Shown here piece after piece: positions 19,771-29,337 of a stretch of DNA of 32,000 nt (the first letter of the stretch is position 1; the number at the start of each line of letters is the position of its first letter). Origin of the DNA: Polynucleobacter necessarius (GTDB lineage Bacteria; Pseudomonadota; Gammaproteobacteria; Burkholderiales; Burkholderiaceae); the NCBI RefSeq assembly GCF_900095195.1, contig NZ_LT606950.1:787207-819206 (forward strand), given 5' to 3'. The notes below the pieces were generated by a model. It ran no database searches. It had not been told where the DNA came from and was given only the letters and a program-made list of their open reading frames with translations. The translations under genes and the position numbers were made by a program.

Positions 19771-20546
19771 TACTTTTTCTCAGCTCGTCTAAAAACGGGT
19801 TTATCGGGTTTGGAGTCTGCGGCGTAATATTTGTATCCGTCCAGATTAAACCCTTTTAGGTCCGCTGGATCGGTAATCCGATTTTCAACAACGTATCTTG
19901 CCATGAGTCCACGGGCACGCTTGGCATAGAACGAAATAATTTTGTATTTGCCGTCCTTAGCATCCTGAAAGACTGGAGAAATTACAGGACAGACCAAATC
20001 TTTTGGTTGCAAAACCTTGAAATACTCTTCCGAGGCAAGGCTTAACAAAAATGGTTTCTTTTGCGCATCAAAGACTTTTTTGAGGGATTCGGTCACACGA
20101 CTACCCCAAAAAGCGTATAAATCTTTTCCTCGACTACTTTTCAACGAGGTGCCCATCTCCAGTCGGTAGGGTTGCATCAAATCAAGAGGTCGCAATGCAC
20201 CATAAAGACCTGACAAGATCCGCACGTGATTTTGCACAAATTCCACCGCTTTCGCACTTAAGCTCTTAACATCGAATCCATCATAGACATCGCCATCAAA
20301 GGCATAGATCGCGGGCTTACTATTTTCATCGGTAAATTTCTTAGACCAATCCCGATAACGTCCGATATTGAGTACTGCAAGCTGATCGGACAAACCCATC
20401 AACTTAGCAACATCTTGGGGCGCCAATTTCTTGAGGTCGGAGATCAACTTGGCGGACTCGGACACAAACTCGGGTAAGGTGGGCGCCTTAACCTTGACGG
20501 GGGTCTTGTAATCGAGGGATCTAGCAGGTGAAAGGACGATCAACAT
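19770..20546 (-). CDS. yaaA: peroxide stress protein YaaA (UPF0246/DUF328)
   Basis: 258-aa ORF with the MLIVLSPARSLDY N-terminus characteristic of YaaA. Confidence 0.88.
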   Translation of the reverse strand: MLIVLSPARSLDYKTPVKVKAPTLPEFVSESAKLISDLKKLAPQDVAKLMGLSDQLAVLNIGRYRDWSKKFTDENSKPAIYAFDGDVYDGFDVKSLSAKAVEFVQNHVRILSGLYGALRPLDLMQPYRLEMGTSLKSSRGKDLYAFWGSRVTESLKKVFDAQKKPFLLSLASEEYFKVLQPKDLVCPVISPVFQDAKDGKYKIISFYAKRARGLMARYVVENRITDPADLKGFNLDGYKYYAADSKPDKPVFRRAEKK

Positions 20547-20625
20547 GGCACAATTTGCTTATGGTTTTTTTAGGTCATTTCTACCATTCTAGCGACTACT
20601 GAATTTATCTGTCTAAACAGGATTT

Positions 20626-21297
20626 ATGACAACCTCTACCACCCCATCATTTCCGAGTCGACTGCACAGGTTGGTACAACAATTTTTACGGTGATGTCTG
20701 CGCTAGCCACCCAACATCAAGCCATTAATTTAGGACAAGGTTTTCTGGATTTTCCCTGCGATCGCCATTTGATTGCCAAAGTGAATGAAGCAATGCTGGC
20801 CGATCACAATCAATACCCCACATTGATTGGTATTCCCAGCCTACGCAATAGAATTGCTCAAAAGATTCAGAATTTGTACGGCCATCAATACGATGCCGAT
20901 TCCGAAATCACGATTACTGCAGGGGGACCCAAGGAATATTAACCGCAATCTTGGCATGCGTTAGTCCTGGTGACGAAGTTGTCATCATTGAACCGGCCTA
21001 TGACAGCTATAGACCGTCGATTGCGTTAGCGGGCGGCAAAGCAATTGCGGTTTCGCTAGAAACGATTCGCAATTCTAGTGGGCAAGTAAGCTCGTATGCC
21101 ATTCCCTGGGGTGCCCTCCAAAAAGCCATTAATCCGAAGACGCGCTTGATCATCATCAACACACCGCACAATCCCACTGGCATGGTTTGGCAAAAAGCCG
21201 ATCTTGATCGTTTGGCGAATTTAGTAAAAGAAACCAACGCTTTGATTTTGAGTGATGAGGTCTATGAGCACATGGTCTATGACGGTGAAATACAGCA
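20626..21297 (+). pseudogene. YbdL-like class-I/II (methionine) aminotransferase, N-terminal two thirds; two frameshifts, then truncation by an inversion breakpoint
   Basis: The ATG at 20626 gives MTTSTTPSFPSRL. Net -1 shifts near 20665 and near 20928 lead through (P)QVGTTIFTVMSALATQHQAINLGQGF and ITITAGG to QGILTAILACVSPGDEVVIIEPAYDSY...NTPHNPTG...LSDEVYEHMVYDGEIQH. The reading then runs into unrelated (inverted) sequence. Confidence 0.85.
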
Positions 21298-21766
21298 CCC
21301 CATAAAGACACTTAGCTTCGTTAGTGTACCGATTGATTGCGTACTCAATTTTCTCGGGGGCGTACAAGCGGAAGCGATGGTTTTGCCCAAACATGGGGTC
21401 TAAGCCACCCATCTGGAACATCAGCCACTGCAAGACCTCGTATTTACCTCGTGTAGATTTAGGTAAGAACTTGCCAGCTTTACTGGCAAGGTAGAGCAAA
21501 ATAGCGCCGGATTCAAAGATGCTAATGGGTTTGCCATCCGGACTGTTGGGATCAACGAGCGCGGGGATCTTATTGTTAGGACTGATCTTCAAAAAGGTCT
21601 TCTTGAACTGATCACCAGCACCAATATCTACCGGATGTGCAATCCAGTCTTTGCTCAAACGATAGTTGCATTCTTCAAGCATGATGTGAACCTTGTGGCC
21701 ATTGGGGGTGGGCAAACTGTAGACATCAATGAAATTTCCAGCAGCAGGGGATGATTTTATGGCCAT
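21298..21766 (-). pseudogene. Nu-class glutathione S-transferase (YfcG/YghU-like), N-terminal part (about 156 codons)
   Basis: Reads LPTPNGHKVHIMLEE...ISPNNKIPALVD...IFESGAILLYLA...AINRYTNEAKCLYGVL. The ORF then continues into antisense aminotransferase sequence (YFTVIDHV...), which is not GST-like. Confidence 0.85.
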
Positions 21767-21802
21767 AAGTTTCCCTGAATGGTTCTTTGTTGTTCTAATC
21801 TG

Positions 21803-22331
21803 TTAAGTGGGGATTGCCTGTAAACGCTTTAGCGCTTCTGCTAGCGTTTGTTCTTGTTTAGCAAAACAAAATCGTACAACGCCTGATTCCGTTGGCTCCT
21901 CGTAAAACGCGGAAACCGGAATCGCAGCGACACCGATATCGGTTGTCAGCCACCGACAAAAGTCCGCCTCGGATAATTTCGCCTGGGGAATATTCAAGCC
22001 AGAATAGTCCACGCATCGAAAATACGTTCCAGGCGTTGGCAATAGCGTAAAGGGCGTTCGCTCAAGACCGGCTCTAAAAAAATCCCGCTTCGCTTGATAG
22101 AAGGTCGGCAAGTTTTGGTAATGCGACGGATCTTCAAGATAGGATGCTAATCCAAACTGCATTGGCGTGTTCACAGTAAAGACATTGAATTGATGAACTT
22201 TCCGGAACTCTAACGTTAAAGCTGCCGGCGCTGCAACATAGCCCACCTTCCAGCCAGTGACATGATAGGTCTTGCCAAAATTTGATATTAGAAAACTCCG
22301 CGTCGCCAGCTCGGGATGCGATGCCACGCTA
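21803..22331 (-). pseudogene. YbdL-like aminotransferase, C-terminal third (inverted)
   Basis: Reads (QH)SVASHPELATRSFLISNFGKTYHVTGWKVGYVAAP, which carries the PLP-lysine motif, through to a normal C-terminus. It continues exactly where the plus-strand fragment stops. Confidence 0.85.
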
Positions 22332-22603
22332 TGCTGGACACGCAGTTGAAAAATAATCCATATATCTGTGGAAAAGAGTATTCGATTGCTGATATCGCTA
22401 TTTATCCATGGACCCGAAATTGGAAAAACCAGGGTATTGATATCGCGGATTTTCCCAACTTCAAACGCTGGTTTGAAAAGATCGGTAAACGCCCTGCTGT
22501 CGTTCGAGGGTGTGAAGTATTAACCGCATTACGTAAGCCCTTGCATGATGACAAGGCGAGAGAGCAGTTATTTGGAGCAACGCAGTATCAACGAAGGAAA
22601 TAG
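22332..22603 (+). pseudogene. Nu-class GST, C-terminal domain
   Basis: Reads LDTQLKNNPYICGKEYSIADIAIYPW...FPNFKRWFEKIGKRPAVVRG. It continues exactly where the minus-strand GST fragment stops. Confidence 0.85.
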
Positions 22604-22604
22604 G

Positions 22605-23041
22605 ATGAGCATTCAATCGGTTGGTGTAATCGGTGCAGGCACCATGGGTAATGGCATTGCACAGGTATGTGCAGTTGCTGGTTTAAATGTGGTGATGGTC
22701 GATATTAATGACGTAGCTGTGCAACGTGGTCTTGATCAAATCAGCAAAAGTTTGGATCGACTCGTCAAAAAAGAAACATTAACTACTGAAGCTAAAGATG
22801 CCGCGCTCAAGCGAGTCCTGAAGATATCGATGCCGGCATGAAGCTGGGCTGCAATCAACCGATTGGTCCTTTGGCATTAGCAGACTTAATTGGTTTAGAT
22901 GCCTGTTTAGCAGTGATGGAAGTCTATTTTGAAAACTTTAGCGATTCCAAATACCGCCCCTGCCCACTCCTACGTGAAATGGTTGCCGCCGGCTACTTAG
23001 GTCGCAAGACTGGACGTGGCGTCTACACTTACGATAAATAA
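22605..23041 (+). pseudogene. 3-hydroxybutyryl-CoA dehydrogenase with a large internal out-of-frame deletion
   Basis: The N-terminal 71 aa (MSIQSVGVIGAGTMGNGIAQ...AALKRV) are fused near 22817 to the C-terminal roughly 74 aa ([28 protein letters not shown]...[13 protein letters not shown]) in another frame. The central half of the enzyme is missing. Confidence 0.85.
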
Positions 23042-23058
23042 GGCTTGGATTCTTTAAC

Positions 23059-23564
23059 TTGAATAACATCATCGTGAACACCAGCAACAATCCCATTCCA
23101 CCGCTTGTTTTAAAACTTGGCTACGCAGGCCTCATTCCATTTATTGGCTTGGCGCTTTTAGTACGACTTGCGCCAACCCCGTTAAATTATCTAAACGCAG
23201 AATCATTGGCTGGGTATGGTGCAGTGATCACCTCGTTCATGGGTGCATTCATTGGGGCGCAAACCTTCACACCATCGGGAGGGCTCCAAGTGGCGATCGC
23301 TGGATTGACCGTAATGCTTGGATCTGGGGTGTCATTCCTGCTCTGGTTGCCTGGGTCGCGTTGCATATTTACATTCCTGTCGGACTATTGATCATGGCAT
23401 CGACATTGATCATTCAACGCAATATTGATCAAAACACCTATCAATACTATTTTGCAGATGATGTCACTCGCGCAGCGTTCATGGTCATGCGCAATCGCTT
23501 GACGTATATTGCTGCCGCCTGCCTCACTTGGGCAGTGATTGTCATTCTCTTTATTCAAGCTTGA
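23059..23564 (+). pseudogene. DUF3429-like membrane protein, one frameshift
   Basis: Reads LGYAGLIPF...YGAVITSFMG, then a net -1 shift near 23246. The continuation IHWGANL...WGVIPALVAWVAL joins track ORF 23361-23564. Confidence 0.7.
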
Positions 23565-23568
23565 GGGT

Positions 23569-24889
23569 ATGAGCGGTCTTTTTGACAGCACTCCACCGCC
23601 GCCACTGGCGGAAGCGCTGCGACCTAAAACTATTGATGATGTTATTGGGCAAACCCATCTTCTAGCGACTGGTAAGCCATTACAACTCGCCTTTGCGTCA
23701 GGCAAGCTCCATTCCATGATTCTCTGGGGCCCGCCGGGCGTTGGCAAAACAACCTTAGCACGCCTGTCGGCGAAAGCATTCGATCGAGAGTTCATTGCCA
23801 TCTCCGCAGTACTTGCTGGCGTTAAAGAAATACGTGAAGCAATTGAGCAAGCCCAGCAGAATATGGCGCAGTACGGAAAGCAAACCATTTTATTTGTCGA
23901 TGAAATTCATCGGTTTAATAAAAGCCAACAAGACGCACTGCTTCCGCATGTGGAGTCTGGCTTGTTTACCTTTATCGGCGCCACAACTGAAAACCACCTC
24001 CTTTGAAGTCAATTCAGCGTTACTGTCACGTGCCCAAGTCTACGTACTCAAGTCTTTAACTGCAGCTGAATTAAAAACCCTATTTGAGCGTGCGCATCAG
24101 TATGCAATGCCTGACGTGCAGTTTGATTCTGCTGCAATCGATACATTGATTAGCCATGCCGATGGCGATGCTCGTCGTCTATTAAACCTGGTTGAACAAG
24201 TCCGCAATGCCATTCAGACACCGAATTCCTCTGTAAACAGCGTAGATCAAACTTTTATTGACAATGCCCTTACGGTACAAGCAAGGCGCTTTGATAAAGG
24301 CGGCGATCAATTTTACGATCAAATCTCCGCATTGCATAAATCCGTTAGGGGCTCAAATCCAGATGCAGCACTCTATTGGTTTTGTCGCATGTTCGATGGT
24401 GGAGCTGATCCACGATATCTTACCCGCCGCATTATTCGCATGGCCTGGGAGGATATTGGTTTGGCGGATCCGCGCGCAATGCAATTGGCAAACGATGCTG
24501 CTTTAACGTATGAACGACTAGGCTCACCGGAGGGAAAGTTGGCCTTGGGACAAGCAGTGGTGTATTTGGCAGTCGCATCTAAAAGTAATGCAAGCTACAA
24601 AGCGTTTAATGCCGCGCGCGCTTTTGTCGCAAATGATCAATCGAAACCTGTACCCGAACACCTGCGCAATGCCCCTACCAAACTCATGAAAGAACTTGGT
24701 CACGGCAAAGAGTATCGTTACGCTCACGATGAACCCCATGGCTACGCTGCCGGTGAATCGTATTTACCCGATGGAATGACTCAGCCTCATTGGTACGAGC
24801 CGGTTGAACGTGGGTTAGAGAGCCAGATTAAAGAAAAAATGGCCTTCTTACGCCAATTGGATACCGAATACAAAACTAAATCGGACTAA
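23569..24889 (+). pseudogene. rarA: replication-associated recombination protein A (AAA+ ATPase RarA/MgsA), frameshifted
   Basis: Reads MSGLFDS...[13 protein letters not shown] (Walker A), [12 protein letters not shown] (Walker B) and GATTEN. There is a net +1 shift at about 23994-23998, and (P)[18 protein letters not shown] continues in the ORF that ends at 24889. Confidence 0.88.
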
Positions 24890-24893
24890 TCTC

Positions 24894-25522
24894 ATGACGA
24901 CCAAGATTCCTGCGACGTTTTACTCCGATATCGTCTCGCCATTTGCTTATTTATATATCAAGCAACGTCAACGGCTGGAATCAACACTTGAGATTACCCC
25001 TGTGCCGGCCCTTTTGGGTGGCTTATTGAGAACTTCAGACAATAAGGGTCCCGGTGAGATTGCTGCGAAGCGTCCGCACACCTATCAATTTTGTGTATGG
25101 CAAGCAGAAAAATTGGGAATTCCATTTCGCTTTCCAGAACACCATCCATTTATGACAGTGGCTGCTCAACGCTTACTTGTTGAACATCATGCAAACTGGA
25201 ACATGGTTGAACGTGCATTTGATTATGTGTGGGTTGAAGGTAAAGACCCTAATCTATCGTAGCCTGATTTTTGCGCATATGTGGGATTGCCGGCAGATAC
25301 AGCGAAACCCGATACTCCCGAGGTCAAAGCAAAACTCATCAACAACACCAATCAAGCAAAGGTTGCAGGGGCGTTCGGCGTCCCTGCCCTAGTCGTCAAT
25401 GGTCACTGCTTCTGGGGAGTAGATACGATCGATTGGACGTAGGTTACCTAGCCCGACCAACCATGTTCGATGAGGCGCCTTATGCCTTCGCAGCCAATGT
25501 CCCCAATGGCTTAGCGCCCTAG
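24894..25522 (+). pseudogene. 2-hydroxychromene-2-carboxylate isomerase / DsbA-like thioredoxin-fold protein, with a nonsense codon and a frameshift
   Basis: After FYSDIVSPFAYLY...PALLGGLL there is an in-frame TAG at 25260-25262. The same frame continues PDFCAYVGL...GAFGVPALVVNGHCFWGVDTIDW. A net -1 shift near 25438 then leads into VGYLARPTMFDE... Confidence 0.8.
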
Positions 25523-25605
25523 ACTAAATCGCGCCGAACACCGCATTGGGCAATACAATACAAAAAGAACAATAACGCTTTTTATACAAATTCTTAGGAG
25601 ATTTC

Positions 25606-26181
25606 ATGCGCAAGCTTTTCGCCAGCCTTTTTCTCATAACCGCTTTCTTTGCTAGCCAAGCGGCAGTCGCAGGCCCTAAGGTGGAATTTAAAACCACGAT
25701 GGGTAATTTTGTCGTGGAGCTCGACGATGTAAAGGCCCCAAAGACCACTGCTAATTTTTTAAATTATGTCAAAAGTGGTTTTTATAACGGTACGATTTTT
25801 CATCGTGTGATTGATGGCTTCATGATTCAGGGTGGTGGATTTACTCCTGACCTCGTACAAAAACCCACTGATGTGCCCGTAGCATCAGAGGCAAATAATG
25901 ATCTTAAAAACAATACGTACACCATTGCCATGGCCCGTACATCTGATCCCGATTCTGCAACCTCACAGTTTTTTATCAATGTGAAAGATAACGAGGGACT
26001 GAACTACCCTAATGCAATGGGCAATGGTTACACCGTCTTTGGCAAAGTGATTTCGGGCACGCAAACCATTGATGCCATCCGTAAAGTGCCAACAATGGTT
26101 GCTCCCGCTGCACGCATGGGCAGAATGGCTGATGTACCCACCAAGACTGTTGTCATTGAATCAGCAACAATCCTCAAGTAA
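25606..26181 (+). CDS. ppiA: periplasmic peptidyl-prolyl cis-trans isomerase (cyclophilin type)
   Basis: 191-aa ORF with a signal peptide ending AAVA-GP and cyclophilin motifs FHRVIDGFMIQGGGF and SQFFIN. An AGGAG ribosome-binding site lies upstream. Confidence 0.93.
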   Translation: MRKLFASLFLITAFFASQAAVAGPKVEFKTTMGNFVVELDDVKAPKTTANFLNYVKSGFYNGTIFHRVIDGFMIQGGGFTPDLVQKPTDVPVASEANNDLKNNTYTIAMARTSDPDSATSQFFINVKDNEGLNYPNAMGNGYTVFGKVISGTQTIDAIRKVPTMVAPAARMGRMADVPTKTVVIESATILK

Positions 26182-26206
26182 CAAAATACTGTAGTGTCTG
26201 GTCGCC

Positions 26207-28027
26207 ATGATTTTGCTCGATGATGCGCAAAGTACGGCGGCCAATTGTTGCAATCGATCGAAGTGGCTCTAGTTCAATACTGGCAGGTGATGCCTTCGGA
26301 TAATGATGCAACTGATCGTGAAGCCATCGAAGTCTGCTTGCAGGCAATCACTCAATCTCTTCAGAATGGTCAATATATTGTTGCCGCTTTTGCGTATGAA
26401 GTTGGGAAAACCATTCACAAGCTTCCTCGCAAAATACCGACAGGAAACAGTCCCCACTCATCGAAGCATGGGCTTTTGATGGCTTTCAAAAACTCGCTAA
26501 AGAAGATGTAGACCAATATATTCTGAATGCGTTAAACGCACTTGATAAAACCCAAACCATCGCGGGCGTCGTGGATGTACGGGAGTCCATCAGTGAAACG
26601 CAATTTTGTGACGATATCGCGCAGATTCAGGAATACATCCGCGCAGGCGACACCTATCAAATTAACCATACCTATAGGATCACTGGGGAAACCTATGGCG
26701 ATCCTTTAGCGCTTTACAAACGGCTACGAGAGCGGCAACCAGGACGGTTTGGCGCATACATCGCCCACCAGTCTCGATACCTCTTATCGCAACTGCCCGA
26801 ACTCTTCATTGAGTGCAAAGGCGACATTCTCAAAGCGATGCCCATGAAAGGGACTGCCAGCGCCCTCTCCGAGAATAAGAGTGCGCTATCGGATGATCCA
26901 AAAAATCAGGCAGAAAATGTCATAATTGTGGATTTATTGCGCAATGATCTCAGTCGCATATCACTTCCAAATACAGTTTCCGTACCTAATTTATTTGCCA
27001 TGGCACGGTATGGCGATGTCTTACAAATGACATCAACTGTACAGGGACAGGCAAAGCCTAATATCGCGTTGGGCGATGTTTTGCATGCCGTCTTTCCATG
27101 TGGGTCTGTCACGGGCACGCCGAAGAAACGCAGCATGGAAATTATTCAAGAGCTTGAACCAGAGAATCGAGGCTATTACTGTGGCGCTTTGGGATGGCTT
27201 GACCCTGGGGGCGATTTTGCTTTTAGCGTCCCAATTCGTACGGTGGAGATTGAACGAGACAATCTATCCCGCAAAAATACCTTCAGTCTGGGTGTTGGCG
27301 CCGGTATTACGATCGACTCCGATCCCAAAGAGGAGTGGCATGAATGTGAAATCAAATCCGCCTTTTTAACGAAACTCATTAGTGCCACCGGATTATTTGA
27401 GACGATTGCTATCAATCAGAATGTGCCTCAACGATTACAGCAACACTTGGATCGTCTGGAGTCCTCTGCCACTGCTCTACGAATCGCTTTTGATCGAAAA
27501 CATGCAAGCACTCTAATTGTGAATGCCTGTTCTGAGCTCAATTCCGCCCTGAACTTTCGACTACGACTCGATCTTCTAGCAGATGGAGCAATGAATATCA
27601 CCACGGGGCTACTTGACCTATTGAGCAATCCGTCAAACTATTTTGGGCAAGCGACATTCTTCCTAGCAACTGCACAATGTATTCGGGAGACCCCTTATTA
27701 CGACATAAAGTGAGTCAGCGCGCCCTATGCGATGCCGCATGGCAAGCGGCGGTCAAGCTCGGAAGCTTTGATGCACTATTTGTGAACGAGCAAGGTTACG
27801 TTACGGAAGGTGACAGAACTAGCATTTTTATTAAATCCAAAGGGAATGCTGAATGGCTTACTCCACCGGTCTCAGCCGGATTACTGCCCGGGGTAATGCG
27901 TGCCGCACTTCTAGCAGACCCGCAATAGAATGCCCGTGCGGCCAACCTGACTATTCAGGATATTTCCATGGCAGATGAGATTATTCTATGCAATGCCTTG
28001 CGAGGCGCCATTAAAGCCCATTTCTAG
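26207..28027 (+). pseudogene. pabB: fused aminodeoxychorismate synthase component I / aminodeoxychorismate lyase (PabB-PabC), with 3 frameshifts and 1 nonsense codon
   Basis: The gene starts MILLDDAQSTAAN. Net -1 shifts occur near 26243, in the CCCC run at 26452-26455, and somewhere in 27617-27704. The PabB core is recognisable (AMPMKGTA, DPKNQAENVIIVDLLRND, CGSVTGTPK, RGYYCGALGW, GAGITIDS). A class-IV aminotransferase-like tail follows (RHKVSQR...EGDRTSIF...GLLPGVMR). An in-frame TAG lies at 27926-27928, and the frame continues to the stop at 28025-28027. Confidence 0.8.
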
Positions 28028-28036
28028 AAAGAAATC

Positions 28037-28590
28037 ATGAAGTATTGCTCACACTGCGCTGCTACTTTAATCATCAAGAGACCGGCGGACGATTCACGTG
28101 AGCGTTTTGTTTGTGAAAACTGTGGCAGCATTCATTATCAAAATCCCCGCAATGTCGTCGGTAGCATTCCAATTTATGGCGATCAAGTATTGTTGTGTCG
28201 TCGCGCCATCGAACCACGTTATGGCTATTGGACATTACCAGCGGACTTTATGGAATTAGGTGAAAGTACGAGTCATGGCGCCGCTAGAGAAACACTCGAA
28301 AAAGCGGGTGCAGTGGTTGAAGTGGGACCACTCTATTCCCTACTGAATATGCCCCATGCCGAGCAAACGCATTTGTTTTATCTAGCCAAGATGCACGCCC
28401 CAGAATTCTTTGCTGGCGAAGAAAGTCTTGAAGTTGCACTTTTCATGAGCAGGAGATTCCCTGGAAGGAATTGGCCTTTCCGACCGCCAAACAAACGCTG
28501 GAATGGTTTTTTGCAGATCGCGCAGCTGGCGTTCTGAATGGAGAATTTTATGTCCGCAGTCGCGATGTCTTACCCTCTGAACGCATTTGA
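28037..28590 (+). pseudogene. Nudix hydrolase with N-terminal zinc ribbon; C-terminal frameshift and a degenerate Nudix box
   Basis: Contains CSHC...CENCG. The Nudix box reads DFMELGESTSHGAARETLEKAG against the consensus Gx5Ex7REUxEExGU. A net -1 shift near 28443 leads into the plausible tail HEQEIPWKELAFPTAKQTLEWFFADR..., which ends at the TGA at 28588-28590. Confidence 0.78.
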
Positions 28591-28599
28591 TAGCTTCTC

Positions 28600-29337
28600 A
28601 TGAGTCAAATTGCTTGGTTAGGACCAAACGATTCCTTTCCCAATCCTCTGCAAAAACCCGACCCCGATCCTAACGTCCCTGGATTGATAGCTGTCAGCGA
28701 ACGAATTTATCCCGGTCAATTGTTGCAAGCGTACCAACGCGGTATTTTTCCATGGTACTCCGATAATCAGCCTGTTTTATGGTGGTCCCCAGACCCCCGA
28801 ATGGTTTTGCAACCCCAACACTTTAAATGCAGTGAGTCATTACAAAAAGTCATACGGCAGTTTTGCCAAGACTCGCAAAGTCAATTGCTAGTCGACACAG
28901 ACTTTGGTGCCGTGATTCGCGCGTGCGCAACCAGCATTCGCAAAGATCAAGACGGCACTTGGATCACCCACGAAATTATCGATGCGTACACCACCTTTCA
29001 TGAACAAGGCCATGCCCATTGCATCGCCCTTCAAGAACAAGGTGAACTGATTGGCGGTTTATATTGCGTTGCCTTAGGGGGTATGGTCTTTGGTGAATCA
29101 ATGTTTAGCCGTAAACCCAACGCCTCTAAAATAGCTTTAGCAGCCTTGAGCGCATGGTGCATTGAGCATGGGATGGCGATGATTGACTGCCAGCAGGAAA
29201 CAGCTCACCTGCGCTCTCTAGGCGCTGTGCCCATTTCTAGAGCTCAGTTTTTAGATCAACTGCAAATCTCGCTAAATCAATCTAATATTGAGTTACCTTG
29301 GACTTTTGATAAGCAGATCCTGACTCACTGGCTATGA
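28600..29337 (+). CDS. aat: leucyl/phenylalanyl-tRNA--protein transferase
   Basis: 245-aa ORF with [26 protein letters not shown] and FGESMFS. Confidence 0.93.
   Translation: MSQIAWLGPNDSFPNPLQKPDPDPNVPGLIAVSERIYPGQLLQAYQRGIFPWYSDNQPVLWWSPDPRMVLQPQHFKCSESLQKVIRQFCQDSQSQLLVDTDFGAVIRACATSIRKDQDGTWITHEIIDAYTTFHEQGHAHCIALQEQGELIGGLYCVALGGMVFGESMFSRKPNASKIALAALSAWCIEHGMAMIDCQQETAHLRSLGAVPISRAQFLDQLQISLNQSNIELPWTFDKQILTHWL

Larger units (their letters stand above)
21298..22331. other. inverted chromosomal segment (1,034 bp) bounded by a 5-bp inverted microhomology CAGCA (21293-21297) / TGCTG (22332-22336)
   Basis: The segment contains the GST 5' part and the aminotransferase 3' part, both on the strand opposite to their other halves. 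See finding 1. Confidence 0.85.

Noticed and set aside
21298-21403. Tails of track ORFs that cross the inversion junctions: 20951-21403 beyond 21297, 21221-21297 of the GST ORF, and the first codons of 22316-22603.
   Set aside because: Similarity to the respective families stops exactly at the breakpoints. The tails are simply antisense reading of the other gene.
22545-22604. An upstream extension of the hbd ORF (MMTRRESSYLEQRSINEGNR).
   Set aside because: It overlaps the GST C-terminus in another frame. GAAGGAAATAGG followed by ATG at 22605 gives the canonical MSIQSVGVIGAGTMGNG start.
23990-24006. The possibility that the rarA, fimV or other frameshifts are programmed (ribosomal frameshifting or transcriptional slippage).
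   Set aside because: There is no slippery heptamer, no downstream structure that I can see, and the homopolymers are only 4-6 nt. With nine neighbouring genes also broken by varied lesion types, decay is the simpler explanation.
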